A stretch of 64,000 nt of DNA from an uncultured Candidatus Rokubacteria bacterium (GTDB lineage: Bacteria; Methylomirabilota; Methylomirabilia; Rokubacteriales; CSP1-6), in contig CAVYTA010000006.1 of assembly GCA_963771355.1 (NCBI GenBank), forward strand, positions 2,048,001-2,112,000, written 5' to 3'. How positions within the stretch are numbered: position 1 is the stretch's first letter; every line of letters starts with the position of its first letter. The notes beneath the pieces are model-generated. The model was not told the DNA's origin, did not search any database, and was given only the letters and a program-made list of their open reading frames with translations. The position numbers were made by a program, and so were the translations under genes. Of the stretch, positions 30,526 to 40,414 are shown in pieces.

Positions 30526-31092
30526 GTGGCGGGAGTGGACGAGGCCGGGCGCGCCCCGCTCGCGGGGCCCGTGGTCGCGGCGGCGGTGATCCTGGACGCG
30601 GAGACGCGCATCGTGGGTCTGGATGACTCGAAGCTCTTGCCCCCCGAGGAGCGTGAGCGGCTCTTCCTGCTGATCCGGTCGCGGGCGGTGGCGGTGGGCG
30701 TGGGGATGGTCGACGCGCAGACGATAGACCGAGTGAACATCCTGGAGGCGACGAGGCTGGCGATGGGAGCGGCGGTGGCGGCCCTGCAGGTGATGCCGGA
30801 GCTGGTGCTCACGGACTTCGTGCGCCTGGCCGGGCTCGACTGCCCGCAGCGCAATTTGGTCCGGGGCGATCAGCGCTCGGCGACCGTGGCCGCGGCCTCG
30901 ATCATCGCCAAGGTCACGCGGGACCGCCTGATGGAGGAGGCCGACACCGAGTTTCCCGTCTACGGCTTCCGCCGGCACAAGGGCTATCCGACCCGCGAGC
31001 ACCGCACGGCGCTGGAGCGGCACGGACCCTGTCCCCTGCACCGTCGGACCTTTCAGGGTGTCTCGACGCAGATGGGACTCTTCACGGTATGA
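30526..31092 (+). CDS. rnhB: Ribonuclease HII (coding frame likely extends ~50 nt upstream)
   Basis: GVDEAGR, DDSK, AASIIAKVTRD, HKGY, HRRTF. Confidence 0.95.
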   Translation: MAGVDEAGRAPLAGPVVAAAVILDAETRIVGLDDSKLLPPEERERLFLLIRSRAVAVGVGMVDAQTIDRVNILEATRLAMGAAVAALQVMPELVLTDFVRLAGLDCPQRNLVRGDQRSATVAAASIIAKVTRDRLMEEADTEFPVYGFRRHKGYPTREHRTALERHGPCPLHRRTFQGVSTQMGLFTV

Positions 31093-31535
31093 GCCTGCGC
31101 GGGCTCCTCATGGTCGGCGTGCTCCTGCTCGCGCCCGCGGCGTGGGCCCAGGGAACGTGCCCGCCCACGCGCGCGGACATGGAAGGGCCCTTCTACAAGC
31201 CCGATGCCCCGCGACGCGAGGCCACCGGCAAGGGGTTCGCAGTGACCGGCGCCGTGAAGTCCTCCGGGTCGTGCGCGCCCCTGCCGGGCGCTCGGGTGGA
31301 ATGGTGGCAGGCCAATCCCGGGGGCGAGTATGACGACGCCCACCGGGGCAGCCTGGTCGCGGGGGAAGGCGGCCGCTATCGTTTCGAGACCGACTTCCCC
31401 CCGCCCTACTCGGGGCGCCCGTCGCACATCCACTTCAAGGCCTCCGCACCCGGCTACAGGGTATTGACCACCCAGCTCTATCCCAGGGCGGGACAGACCG
31501 CCGTGACCTTCGATCTTGTGCTGATCAAGGAGTGA
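31089..31535 (+). CDS. Secreted intradiol ring-cleavage dioxygenase-like protein
   Basis: Signal peptide (AWA-Q); EGPFY, WQAN..GEY, PPPY, RPSHIH. Confidence 0.85.
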   Translation: MSLRGLLMVGVLLLAPAAWAQGTCPPTRADMEGPFYKPDAPRREATGKGFAVTGAVKSSGSCAPLPGARVEWWQANPGGEYDDAHRGSLVAGEGGRYRFETDFPPPYSGRPSHIHFKASAPGYRVLTTQLYPRAGQTAVTFDLVLIKE

Positions 31536-31538
31536 ACC

Positions 31539-31919
31539 GTGCCAACTGAAACTCGCAGGACCACCGCTATCCGGGGAGAGGATGAGGCGGCGCGCTTTCT
31601 CGCGCGCTGCGGTTACGCGATCCTGGACCGGAACGTCCGGACGCGCTCGGGAGAGATCGACCTCGTGGCGAAAGAGGGCAAGACCCTCGTCTTCGTCGAG
31701 GTCAAGACGCGCAAGGTCATCGAGGGCGATCCGCCCCAGGCGGCCGTGAACGTGCGCAAGCAGAACCGACTCGGCAAGCTGGCGCACGGCTATCTCAAGT
31801 CCAAGCGGATGCGGGAGGTGCCGTGCCGCTTCGACGTGGTGGCGGTGATCGTCAACGACGAGGGCGGGGTCAAAGCCATCCGCCACATTCCCAATGCATT
31901 CTCCCTCGCTCCCTGGTAG
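31539..31919 (+). CDS. yraN: YraN family endonuclease
   Basis: GEIDLVA, LVFVEVKTR, RFDVV. Confidence 0.92.
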   Translation: MPTETRRTTAIRGEDEAARFLARCGYAILDRNVRTRSGEIDLVAKEGKTLVFVEVKTRKVIEGDPPQAAVNVRKQNRLGKLAHGYLKSKRMREVPCRFDVVAVIVNDEGGVKAIRHIPNAFSLAPW

Positions 31920-31922
31920 CGC

Positions 31923-32576
31923 ATGACCGATCGGGTGGCCGCCTTCGAAAAGGCGCTGGCCCCGGCCGCGGGGCGCACCGCGCTCATCGTGGTGGACATG
32001 CAGCGGGCCTTCCTGGAGCCGGGGGAGGCGATGGAGGTCCCGCCCGCGCGCGAGGTGGTGCCACGCATCCAGGCGCTGCTGACGGCCTTCCGCGCCCGGC
32101 GGCTTCCCGTCGTGTTTACCGAGTTCCTCTACACGGAAGCCGCGCCGCTCCTGGTGGGTGAGCTTCACCCCGAGCATCGTCGCGCGGCGCCCGGCGCGGC
32201 GCGCGGCTTCGGCCGGCCGTCCTCGTCATGTCTGGCCGGGGAGCTCAATGTCGCCACGGTCGCCGAGCTGGCCCCACACCCCGACGAGCTGGTCGTGCAA
32301 AAACCCTACTACGACGCTTTCCATGGCACCGTGCTGGACGGCGCGCTACGCGCGCGCGGGGTCACCCACCTGGTGATCACCGGCACCCTGACCGACATCT
32401 GCGTGCTCGCCACCGTCGTCGGCGGCTTCAACCGCGAGTACCGGATCACCGTGGTCGAGGACGGCGTGGCCACGCTGTGGCCGGAGATCCAGCGGGCCAC
32501 CCTGGACATCATCGGGCGCGCCTACGGGCGCGTGCAACCGGCCAAGACGGTCGTCGACGAGATCTCGAACCTCTAG
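31923..32576 (+). CDS. Isochorismatase/cysteine hydrolase family protein
   Basis: D-K-C triad: VVDMQ, VQKPYYDAF, TDICV. Confidence 0.9.
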   Translation: MTDRVAAFEKALAPAAGRTALIVVDMQRAFLEPGEAMEVPPAREVVPRIQALLTAFRARRLPVVFTEFLYTEAAPLLVGELHPEHRRAAPGAARGFGRPSSSCLAGELNVATVAELAPHPDELVVQKPYYDAFHGTVLDGALRARGVTHLVITGTLTDICVLATVVGGFNREYRITVVEDGVATLWPEIQRATLDIIGRAYGRVQPAKTVVDEISNL

Positions 32577-32597
32577 CTTCGCCGCGAGGACCCGGCC

Positions 32598-33542
32598 ATG
32601 GCCACCGAGCTCCGCTTCCAAGGCTGCATCCCGGCCAACCTCCTGCCCTTCACCCGCGACCTCGAGATCGACGAGCCCGCCTACCGTGCCCACCTGCGCT
32701 GGCTCGCCGATGCTCCCGGGGTCACCGGCATCGTGGCCAATGGCCATGCCGCCGAGGTGTCCTCGCTCACGCGCGAGGAGCGGAAGCGCGCGCTGGCCAT
32801 CGGGCTGGACGAGGTCGCCGGCAAGGTGCCGGTGATCGCGGGCGTCTACTCGGACGGCACGCGCGAGGCGGTGGAGCTGGCGCGCGACGCACGGACAGCG
32901 GGCGCGGCGGGACTCCTCGTCTTTCCACCCACGCTCTTCATGTGGGGGGCCCAGGTCAAGCCGGACATGGTCCTCCGTCACTTCTCGGAGCTGGCCGACG
33001 GCGTCGATCTCCCGCTCATCGTCTTCGAGTACCCGCCCGCCTCGGGGATCGGCTATAGCCCGGAGACGCTGGCCGCGCTCTGCAAGATCCCCACCGTGGT
33101 GGGGGTCAAGGACTGGTCGAACGACATCGTGGCCTACGAGAAGAACCTGCGCGCGCTGCGCGCCTCCGGCCGGCCAGTGGCCATGCTCTCCTCCTTCACC
33201 GTGTCGCTCATGGCCAGCTTCGCGCTCGGAGCCGACGGCTGCATCTCGGGCATGGGCAGCGTGGCCGCCGACCTCCAAGCCGCCCTCTTCGCCGCCGTCA
33301 AGGCCGGGCGCCTGGAAGAGGCACGCGCGCTCAACGATCGTCTCGCCCCGCTGGTCTCCGTCTTCTACGCGCCGCCCTTCGTGGACATGCACAACCGGAT
33401 GAAGGAGGCGCTCGCCCTGCTCGGGCGCATTCCCGCCGCGCACGTGCGGCCGCCGCTGACGCCGGTGTCGGAGGACGAGCGGGATCGGATCCGGCTGGCG
33501 CTGCGGGAGGCCCGCCTCACCCGCGAGGGCGCCGCGCGGTGA
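32598..33542 (+). CDS. Dihydrodipicolinate synthase-family class I aldolase
   Basis: LPF, NGHAAE, VPVIAG, EYP, GVKD Schiff-base Lys. Confidence 0.88.
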   Translation: MATELRFQGCIPANLLPFTRDLEIDEPAYRAHLRWLADAPGVTGIVANGHAAEVSSLTREERKRALAIGLDEVAGKVPVIAGVYSDGTREAVELARDARTAGAAGLLVFPPTLFMWGAQVKPDMVLRHFSELADGVDLPLIVFEYPPASGIGYSPETLAALCKIPTVVGVKDWSNDIVAYEKNLRALRASGRPVAMLSSFTVSLMASFALGADGCISGMGSVAADLQAALFAAVKAGRLEEARALNDRLAPLVSVFYAPPFVDMHNRMKEALALLGRIPAAHVRPPLTPVSEDERDRIRLALREARLTREGAAR

Positions 33543-34054
33543 CGCCGGCCGAGCGGAAGACGGCCATCCGCCGCTACGCGGCCGGTCCGGCGCGTCTCCG
33601 CGCCGCGCTGCGCCGCGTCCCGCGGCCGGCCTTGCACTGGCGGCCGGCGCCGGGCGAGTGGTCCGCGCACGAGGTGGTCCACCACTGCGCCGACAGCGAG
33701 AGCAACGCACACATCCGGCTGCGCTACGTGCTCGCCGAGAAGGATCCGCTCATCGTGGGCTATGACCAGGCGGAATGGGCGCGCGCCCTGGAGTATGCGC
33801 GGCGGCCGCTCGCTCCCGCGCTGGCCACCGTGGTGGCGGTGCGCGCCAATACCGTGCCGCTTCTCCGCGCGCTGCCCGAGGCGGCCTGGAGCCGGAGCGG
33901 GCGGCACACCGAGATGGGCACGTACACGGTGGAGGGCTGGCTCGGCCTCTACGCCGAGCACGTCGAGGTCCATGCCCGTCAGATCGAGGCGAACCTGGCC
34001 GCGTGGCGCAAGCAGCGGGGCGGGCGGAAGCGAAAGGCTAGAAGTCGACGGTAA
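33539..34054 (+). CDS. DinB/YfiT family protein
   Basis: WSAHEVVHHCADSE, YDQAEWA, HVEVH. Confidence 0.85.
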   Translation: MTPAERKTAIRRYAAGPARLRAALRRVPRPALHWRPAPGEWSAHEVVHHCADSESNAHIRLRYVLAEKDPLIVGYDQAEWARALEYARRPLAPALATVVAVRANTVPLLRALPEAAWSRSGRHTEMGTYTVEGWLGLYAEHVEVHARQIEANLAAWRKQRGGRKRKARSRR

Positions 34055-34061
34055 CGAGGAC

Positions 34062-34089
34062 GGAGGCCCCGTCGGCCGACGGGACCTCC
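34062..34089. terminator. GC hairpin after the DinB gene (possible terminator, no U-tract)
   Basis: ggagg-c-cccgtcgg/ccgacggg-a-cctcc inverted repeat. Confidence 0.45.
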
Positions 34090-34260
34090 CTCACGAGGGT
34101 CATGAGCAGAGGGGACCGCCCCGGCCGGCCCGTCTCGGATGACCTGGCGCTGCGCCCCCTGTCGATCCTCCCCGGACTGACACTGCCCTCACCAGGTGCC
34201 CGGGAAGTGAGGGGCTTCTGAAGCCGGCTGGATAGGGAACTTCCGCGGGGAGGGAGTGTG

Positions 34261-34289
34261 TTGCAAGGGAGAAGCGCTTAGGGTATAAG
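34261..34289 (+). promoter_or_regulatory. Putative sigma70 promoter for the aminotransferase gene
   Basis: TTGCAA-N17-TATAAG. Confidence 0.6.
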
Positions 34290-34321
34290 GGTCCAACATT
34301 TTCGGCACTTCAAGGGGATCG

Positions 34322-35632
34322 ATGGCCGTCTCCGCAGGTCGAAGTCAGCAGGAGCAAGCACTCCTCGACAAAGCCGGCCGTCTTCTGCCCGGCGGGGTTC
34401 TGGGCGGTTACTCGGCTCCCGCCGAGCTCAGCTTCGTAGTGCGGGAAGCGCGCGGGGCTCGCCTGACCGACGTGTCCGGCCGTGAGTATGTCGACTATAT
34501 CCTCGGGAGCGGCCCGCTCGTGCTCGGCCACGCGCACCCGGCGGTGGTATCGGCGGTGGAGCGCCAGCTCGGAAAGGGCACCACCTACTTTCAGCTCAGC
34601 GAGCCCACCCTCGAGCTCGCCGAGGAGATCTGTCGCGCCGTGCCCTGCGCGGAGCAAATCCGGTTCACGTCGACGGGGAGCGAGGCCACGTTCTTCGCGC
34701 TCCGGGTGGCGCGCGCGTTCCGTCAGCGGGAGAAGATCCTGAAATTCGAGGGCGGCTTCCACGGCACCCACGACTATTCCCTGATGAGCGTGGGACCGAA
34801 GTCACCCAAGGCCTTCCCCGCCCCCACGCCGGACTCTGCCGGCATTCCGCACGCGATCCAGGAGCATGTGCTGATCGCGCCCTTCAATGACCTCGCCGAG
34901 ACCGAGGCCATTCTGGCCGCCCACCACGCGGACCTGGCCGCCGTCATCATGGAGCCCTTTCAGCGCCTGGTGCCACCGGAGCCGGGGTTCCTCAAGGGCG
35001 TGCGGGAGATCACGAAGCGCTTCGGCGTGCCGCTGATCTTCGACGAGATCGTGACCGGCTTCCGCTTCGCGTACGGCGGCGCCCAGGAATACTACGGCGT
35101 CGTCCCCGACCTCGCGGCCATTGGCAAGATCGTGGGCGGCGGCTTTCCCCTCGCGGCGGTGGTGGGGCGGGGCGAGATCATGCGCCACCTCGCCCCTGAG
35201 CTGGAAGGCACGCCGGAGTTCGTGGCGCAGGCGGGCACGCTCAACGGTAATCCGGTGGCGGCGGTGGCCGGGTTGGCCACACTGACGGAGCTGCGCCGGC
35301 CCGGCACCTACGAGCGCCTCTTCACGACGGGCACGCGCATCAAGACCGCGCTCCAGGCCGCCGCGGACTCGGCGGGGCTCGCCGCCCACGTGGCCGGCGA
35401 GGCCCCGGTATTCGAGATCTACTTCACCGATCGGCCGATCACGGACTACCGCGCCACCCTCACCGCGGACCGGGCGCGTCACCGAGCCTTCACCGACGAG
35501 CTGATCCGGCGCGGCGTCGTCAAGGCGGCACAGAAATTCTACGTCTCCCTCGCCCATGGCGAGGACGAGATCCGTCACACCGTCGAGGCCTTTACCCTGG
35601 CGCTCCGGACCGTCGCCGACCGGCGGCCCTGA
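34322..35632 (+). CDS. Class III PLP aminotransferase (HemL-like paralog)
   Basis: TGSEAT, FEGGFHG, FDEIVTGFR, GKIVGGG, AGTLNGNP. Confidence 0.88.
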   Translation: MAVSAGRSQQEQALLDKAGRLLPGGVLGGYSAPAELSFVVREARGARLTDVSGREYVDYILGSGPLVLGHAHPAVVSAVERQLGKGTTYFQLSEPTLELAEEICRAVPCAEQIRFTSTGSEATFFALRVARAFRQREKILKFEGGFHGTHDYSLMSVGPKSPKAFPAPTPDSAGIPHAIQEHVLIAPFNDLAETEAILAAHHADLAAVIMEPFQRLVPPEPGFLKGVREITKRFGVPLIFDEIVTGFRFAYGGAQEYYGVVPDLAAIGKIVGGGFPLAAVVGRGEIMRHLAPELEGTPEFVAQAGTLNGNPVAAVAGLATLTELRRPGTYERLFTTGTRIKTALQAAADSAGLAAHVAGEAPVFEIYFTDRPITDYRATLTADRARHRAFTDELIRRGVVKAAQKFYVSLAHGEDEIRHTVEAFTLALRTVADRRP

Positions 35633-35691
35633 GTCGTCCGAATCCCACCGGCCTCCCCGCCCGGGAGCGCCGACACCCGAAGGAGACAACG

Positions 35692-37002
35692 ATGAGCGAG
35701 CGCTGGCAGGACGAGAGCTGGGCGAGAACCGAAGAGTTCTGGTACAGCGGCAAGGTGACCCGGCGTAGCCTCATCGGGATGGGCGCCGCCGCCGCCGGCG
35801 CGCTGGGCGCGTCCATGCTGATGCCCGCGCCGTGGCGGGCGGCCTTCGGCCAGGCCAAGGCCTTCAAGCTCGGCACGCTGCAACCCCTGTCCGGCGTCGC
35901 CGCCGCCGGCGGCAAAACCGCGCTGGTGGGCGTGCAGATGGCGGTGGACCGCATCAACAAGTCGGGCGGGATCAGCGGCCGGCCCGTCGAGCTCATCATC
36001 GCCGACTACGAGTCGAAGCCGGACGTGGGGCGCCGCAAGGCGGAGAAGCTGGTGGTGGACGACCAGATCGACGTCCACGCGGGCGGCTACCTCTCCAACG
36101 TCTGCCTGGCCTGCATGCCCGTCTACGAGGAGCACAAGCTCGTCAACATGATCACGGTGTGCCTCGACACCACCATCACCCAGAGCAAGTGCAGCCGCTA
36201 CACCTTCCGGCCCTTCGACTTCGCCCCCGCGCAGGCGGTGGCGGCGGCGCCCTACATGGTGAACAAGATGGGCAAGAAGTGGCACATCGCCTTCGCGGAC
36301 TACGCGTGGGGCCAGTCCACCAAGGACGCCTTCGTCGCCGAGATCAAGAAGAACGGCGGCGAGGTGGTGGGGACCACCGGCATCCCGCTCGGCACCGCCG
36401 ACATGACGTCCTTCCTGTCCAAGATCAGCGGGAGCTTCGACGGGCTCTTCGGCATCTTCTTCGGGCCCCAGGGCATCGCCTTCGTCAACCAGAGCTTCGA
36501 CCTGGGGCTGACCAAGAAGTACAAGCTGGCGGGGGACGGCGCCATCGTGGTGTCGGTCAGCCTCCCCGCCATGGGGGCCAAGGCCGAGGGCTTCGTCGGC
36601 ATCGACCGCTATATCCCGCTGCTGGAAGGCGTGCTGAACACGCCGCATCACAAGCGTTTCCTGGACGACTCCACCGCCCGGCTCAAGGCCATCGACCCCA
36701 CCGGGCCGCTCCCGGACCGGTACGTGCAGTCGAACTACGAAGGCGTCAACGCGCTCAAGGTCGGCATGCAGAAGTCGGGCTTTCGCGGTCGGGAGGACTC
36801 GATGAAGCTCATCGAGGCCCTCGAGGGGCTGGAGATGAAGGAAGGGGACGACTTCCCCCAGGGCGATAAGCTCTTGAGGAAAGAGGATCACCAGGCCTTC
36901 CTCCGCGAGTTCGTATTCGAGATCCGCGGCGGCAAGTACAAGATCCTCGACGTCGTCGCGAAGGAAAAGACCATCGTCCCGGTCGCCTGCAAGTTCGCCT
37001 AG
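35692..37002 (+). CDS. LIV-type ABC substrate-binding protein, Tat-like signal
   Basis: TRRSLIG; PLSG, INKSGGISGRP, DYAWG; AGGAG RBS. Confidence 0.88.
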   Translation: MSERWQDESWARTEEFWYSGKVTRRSLIGMGAAAAGALGASMLMPAPWRAAFGQAKAFKLGTLQPLSGVAAAGGKTALVGVQMAVDRINKSGGISGRPVELIIADYESKPDVGRRKAEKLVVDDQIDVHAGGYLSNVCLACMPVYEEHKLVNMITVCLDTTITQSKCSRYTFRPFDFAPAQAVAAAPYMVNKMGKKWHIAFADYAWGQSTKDAFVAEIKKNGGEVVGTTGIPLGTADMTSFLSKISGSFDGLFGIFFGPQGIAFVNQSFDLGLTKKYKLAGDGAIVVSVSLPAMGAKAEGFVGIDRYIPLLEGVLNTPHHKRFLDDSTARLKAIDPTGPLPDRYVQSNYEGVNALKVGMQKSGFRGREDSMKLIEALEGLEMKEGDDFPQGDKLLRKEDHQAFLREFVFEIRGGKYKILDVVAKEKTIVPVACKFA

Positions 37003-37798
37003 TGGCGGCAGACCGGCATTCTGAGAGCGCACCCCCGGCCGGCAACGGCCGGGGGTCTTCCTCGACTTCCCTCCTCCGCACCGAAGGGCTCACCATGCGC
37101 TTCGGCGGCCTCGTGGCCGTCAACAACGTGAGCATCTCGGTGCCGCGGGGACAGATCCGCGCCATCATCGGGCCCAACGGCGCGGGGAAGAGCACCTTCT
37201 TCAACTGCATCACCGGCGTGCTGCATCCGAGCGCGGGACGCATTCTCCTCGACGGCAGCGACGTGGCGGGGCTGCCGCCCAACCTCATCTCGCGCCGGGG
37301 CATCGCCCGCTCGTATCAGATCACCAATATCCTCCCCGGCGCCACCGTGCTGGAGAACGTGCGCATCGCCGCCCAGTCGCGCAAGCACGGCTGGAGCTTG
37401 CTGCGCCACCACCGCGCCTTCACCGACCTGATCGAGCGGTCCCGCGCCGTGCTGCACGACGTCGGCCTCGAGGGCAGGGAGGAGGAGCTCGCGGCGAATC
37501 TCTCCCACGGGGACCAGCGGACGCTGGAGATCGCGATCGCGCTCGCCACCGAGCCCGTGCTCCTGTGTCTGGACGAGCCCACCGCCGGCATGAGCGTGGC
37601 CGAGACCGAGGCCACCGTGGAGCTGGTACGTCGGATCGCCCACGACCTCACCATCGTGATCGTGGAGCACGACATGGAGGTGGTGATGGGGCTGGCCGGC
37701 GTCATCACCGTGCTCCACTACGGCGAGGTGCTCGCCGAGGGCACCCCCGCCGAGATCCAGGCCAACCCCCGCGTGCAAGAGGTCTACTTGAAGAGCTG

Positions 37799-37799
<1 letters not shown>
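37002..37799 (+). CDS. LIV-type ABC ATP-binding protein (LivG-like)
   Basis: FGGLVAV, GPNGAGKST, DEPTAG, EHD, VYL. Confidence 0.92.
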
Positions 37800-38509
<710 letters not shown>

Positions 38510-38512
38510 ACA

Positions 38513-39385
38513 GTGGCCATCCCCCTCGACCAGATCCTCATCCAGACCGTCACCGGGCTCGTGAACGGGATGATCCTGGCGCTGGTGGCGTCCGGCCTCA
38601 CCCTCATCTTCGGGATCATGGATGTGGTCAACTTCGCCCACGGCGACCTCGTGATGCTGGGCGCCTTCGTGGGTGCGACCGCGGTGGCCAGCACCGGAAG
38701 CTTCTGGCTGGGTCTGCTCATCGCCGCGGTGACCATCGCGGTGTTCGGGGCCGCGCTCCAGATGACGACGCTCCGGCCGCTAATCGGGCGAGACCCGCTC
38801 ACCACCATTCTCGCCACCTTCGGGATCTCGCTGGTCTTGCAGAAGTACGCCATCTGGCAGTGGGGGCCGTCGGCGCGGCAGATCCTCGAGCCGATCTCGG
38901 GCCAGTTCCAGCTCTTCTATCTCCAGTATCCCTGGTACCGCATCCTCACCGCCGTGCTCTCCGCCGCCATCATCGGCGCGCTCTATCTCTTCCTGAAGTT
39001 CGGGAAGTACGGGATCTGGATTCGGGCCACCACCCAGGATCGCGTGATGGCGGCGGCCATGGGCATTCCGGTGCCCCTCGTGCACACCACCGTGTTCGCG
39101 ATCGGGGCCGCCATGGCGGCGGCCAGCGGGGTGCTCTTCGGGCCCCTCGGCGGCGTCACCCAGAACATGGGCTTCGACTTCACGCTGCGCGCCTTCATCG
39201 TGGTGGTGGTGGGCGGCATGGGCAATCTCGGCGGCTCCATCCTCGCCGCCATCTTCATCAGCCTGCTGGAGGCTTATGCCTCGCTCGTGGTGTCTCCCGC
39301 CCAGGCCGTCATCGTCTCCTTCGTGGCCCTGATCCTCACCCTGCTCTTCCGCCCCACCGGACTCTTCGTGCCCACGCCAAAATGA
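38513..39385 (+). CDS. LIV-type ABC permease (LivH-like)
   Basis: GLTLIFG..NFAHG, VVVGGMG. Confidence 0.92.
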   Translation: MAIPLDQILIQTVTGLVNGMILALVASGLTLIFGIMDVVNFAHGDLVMLGAFVGATAVASTGSFWLGLLIAAVTIAVFGAALQMTTLRPLIGRDPLTTILATFGISLVLQKYAIWQWGPSARQILEPISGQFQLFYLQYPWYRILTAVLSAAIIGALYLFLKFGKYGIWIRATTQDRVMAAAMGIPVPLVHTTVFAIGAAMAAASGVLFGPLGGVTQNMGFDFTLRAFIVVVVGGMGNLGGSILAAIFISLLEAYASLVVSPAQAVIVSFVALILTLLFRPTGLFVPTPK

Positions 39386-40338
39386 GCGCGCCGCGCCGGG
39401 ACTACGCCTACTGGACTGGCTTCGTGATGGTGGTCGGCCTCCTGTGGGCGGCCCCTCTGGTGCTGCCCCCGTTCTGGGGCCGGTTCGCCACCGAGATCCT
39501 CATCTGGGGGCTCCTGGCCATGTCCTCGGACATCCTCATCGGCTATACGGGGATGGTCTCCTTCGGGCACTCGGTCTTCTTCGGCCTGGGGATGTACGGA
39601 GCCGCCGCCGCGCTGCTGACCGTGAAGCCGCCCAATCTCTGGGTGACGCTCGTCTACGGGCTGGTCGGCGCCGCGGTGGTGGCGGCCTTCGTGGCCTATT
39701 TCGCCACGCGGCTGCGCGAGATCTACTTCTCCATCACCACCCTTGTCTTCTCCCAGATCTTCTACGTCATCATCTTCACCTGGACCGAGGTCACCGGCGG
39801 GGAGAACGGGCTCACCTTCAGCCAGCCGCCGCTCTCCTTCCTCGGGCTGTACTCGGCGCGGTTCACGTCCACCACGCTGCACTGGTTCGTGCTGGCGGTG
39901 GTGGCGATCTCCTTCCTGCTCCTGCGCCGTATCACCCAGTCTCCCTTCGGCAAGGTGCTCCAGTCGATCCGGGAGAACGAGCCGCGCACGCGCGCCATCG
40001 GCTACTCCGTCGAGCGCTACAAGATCGTGGCGGTGATGCTCTCCGGGCTCTTCGCGGGGCTCTCCGGCATCCTCTACGCGCTCCAGAACAAGTTCGCCGC
40101 CCCCGACTTCGTCTTCTTCGTCATCTCCGGCGAGGTGGTGATCTTCAACGTGATGGGCGGCATGGGCACGCTGGTGGGCCCCGTGGCCGGCGCGGCCTTC
40201 TTCTTCCTCCTCCGCGAGGGCCTCTCGCGCTACTTCACCGAGTACTACCTCATCCCGGTCGGCATCATCTTCACCGCCATGGTGATCTTCATGCCGCAGG
40301 GCATCCTCGGCTTCCTCCGGCGCCGGCTGAACGCCTAG
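39382..40338 (+). CDS. LIV-type ABC permease (LivM-like)
   Basis: GYTGMVSFGH, TGGENG, IRENE, GGMGTLVGP. Confidence 0.92.
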   Translation: MSAPRRDYAYWTGFVMVVGLLWAAPLVLPPFWGRFATEILIWGLLAMSSDILIGYTGMVSFGHSVFFGLGMYGAAAALLTVKPPNLWVTLVYGLVGAAVVAAFVAYFATRLREIYFSITTLVFSQIFYVIIFTWTEVTGGENGLTFSQPPLSFLGLYSARFTSTTLHWFVLAVVAISFLLLRRITQSPFGKVLQSIRENEPRTRAIGYSVERYKIVAVMLSGLFAGLSGILYALQNKFAAPDFVFFVISGEVVIFNVMGGMGTLVGPVAGAAFFFLLREGLSRYFTEYYLIPVGIIFTAMVIFMPQGILGFLRRRLNA

Positions 40339-40414
40339 CGCCCCTCCGGGGCCCGCGCGCTGTATCGGTTTCGGGACGTTGACGGCGAGCCGGCCGCCGC
40401 CAACACTCGACGCT

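Noticed and set aside
32598..33542. Assignment as dapA
   Set aside because: The GTTGE motif is replaced by GHAAE and there is no lysine pathway context.
34322..35632. Assignment as hemL
   Set aside because: Lacks the GGVNSPVR signature and any tetrapyrrole gene context.
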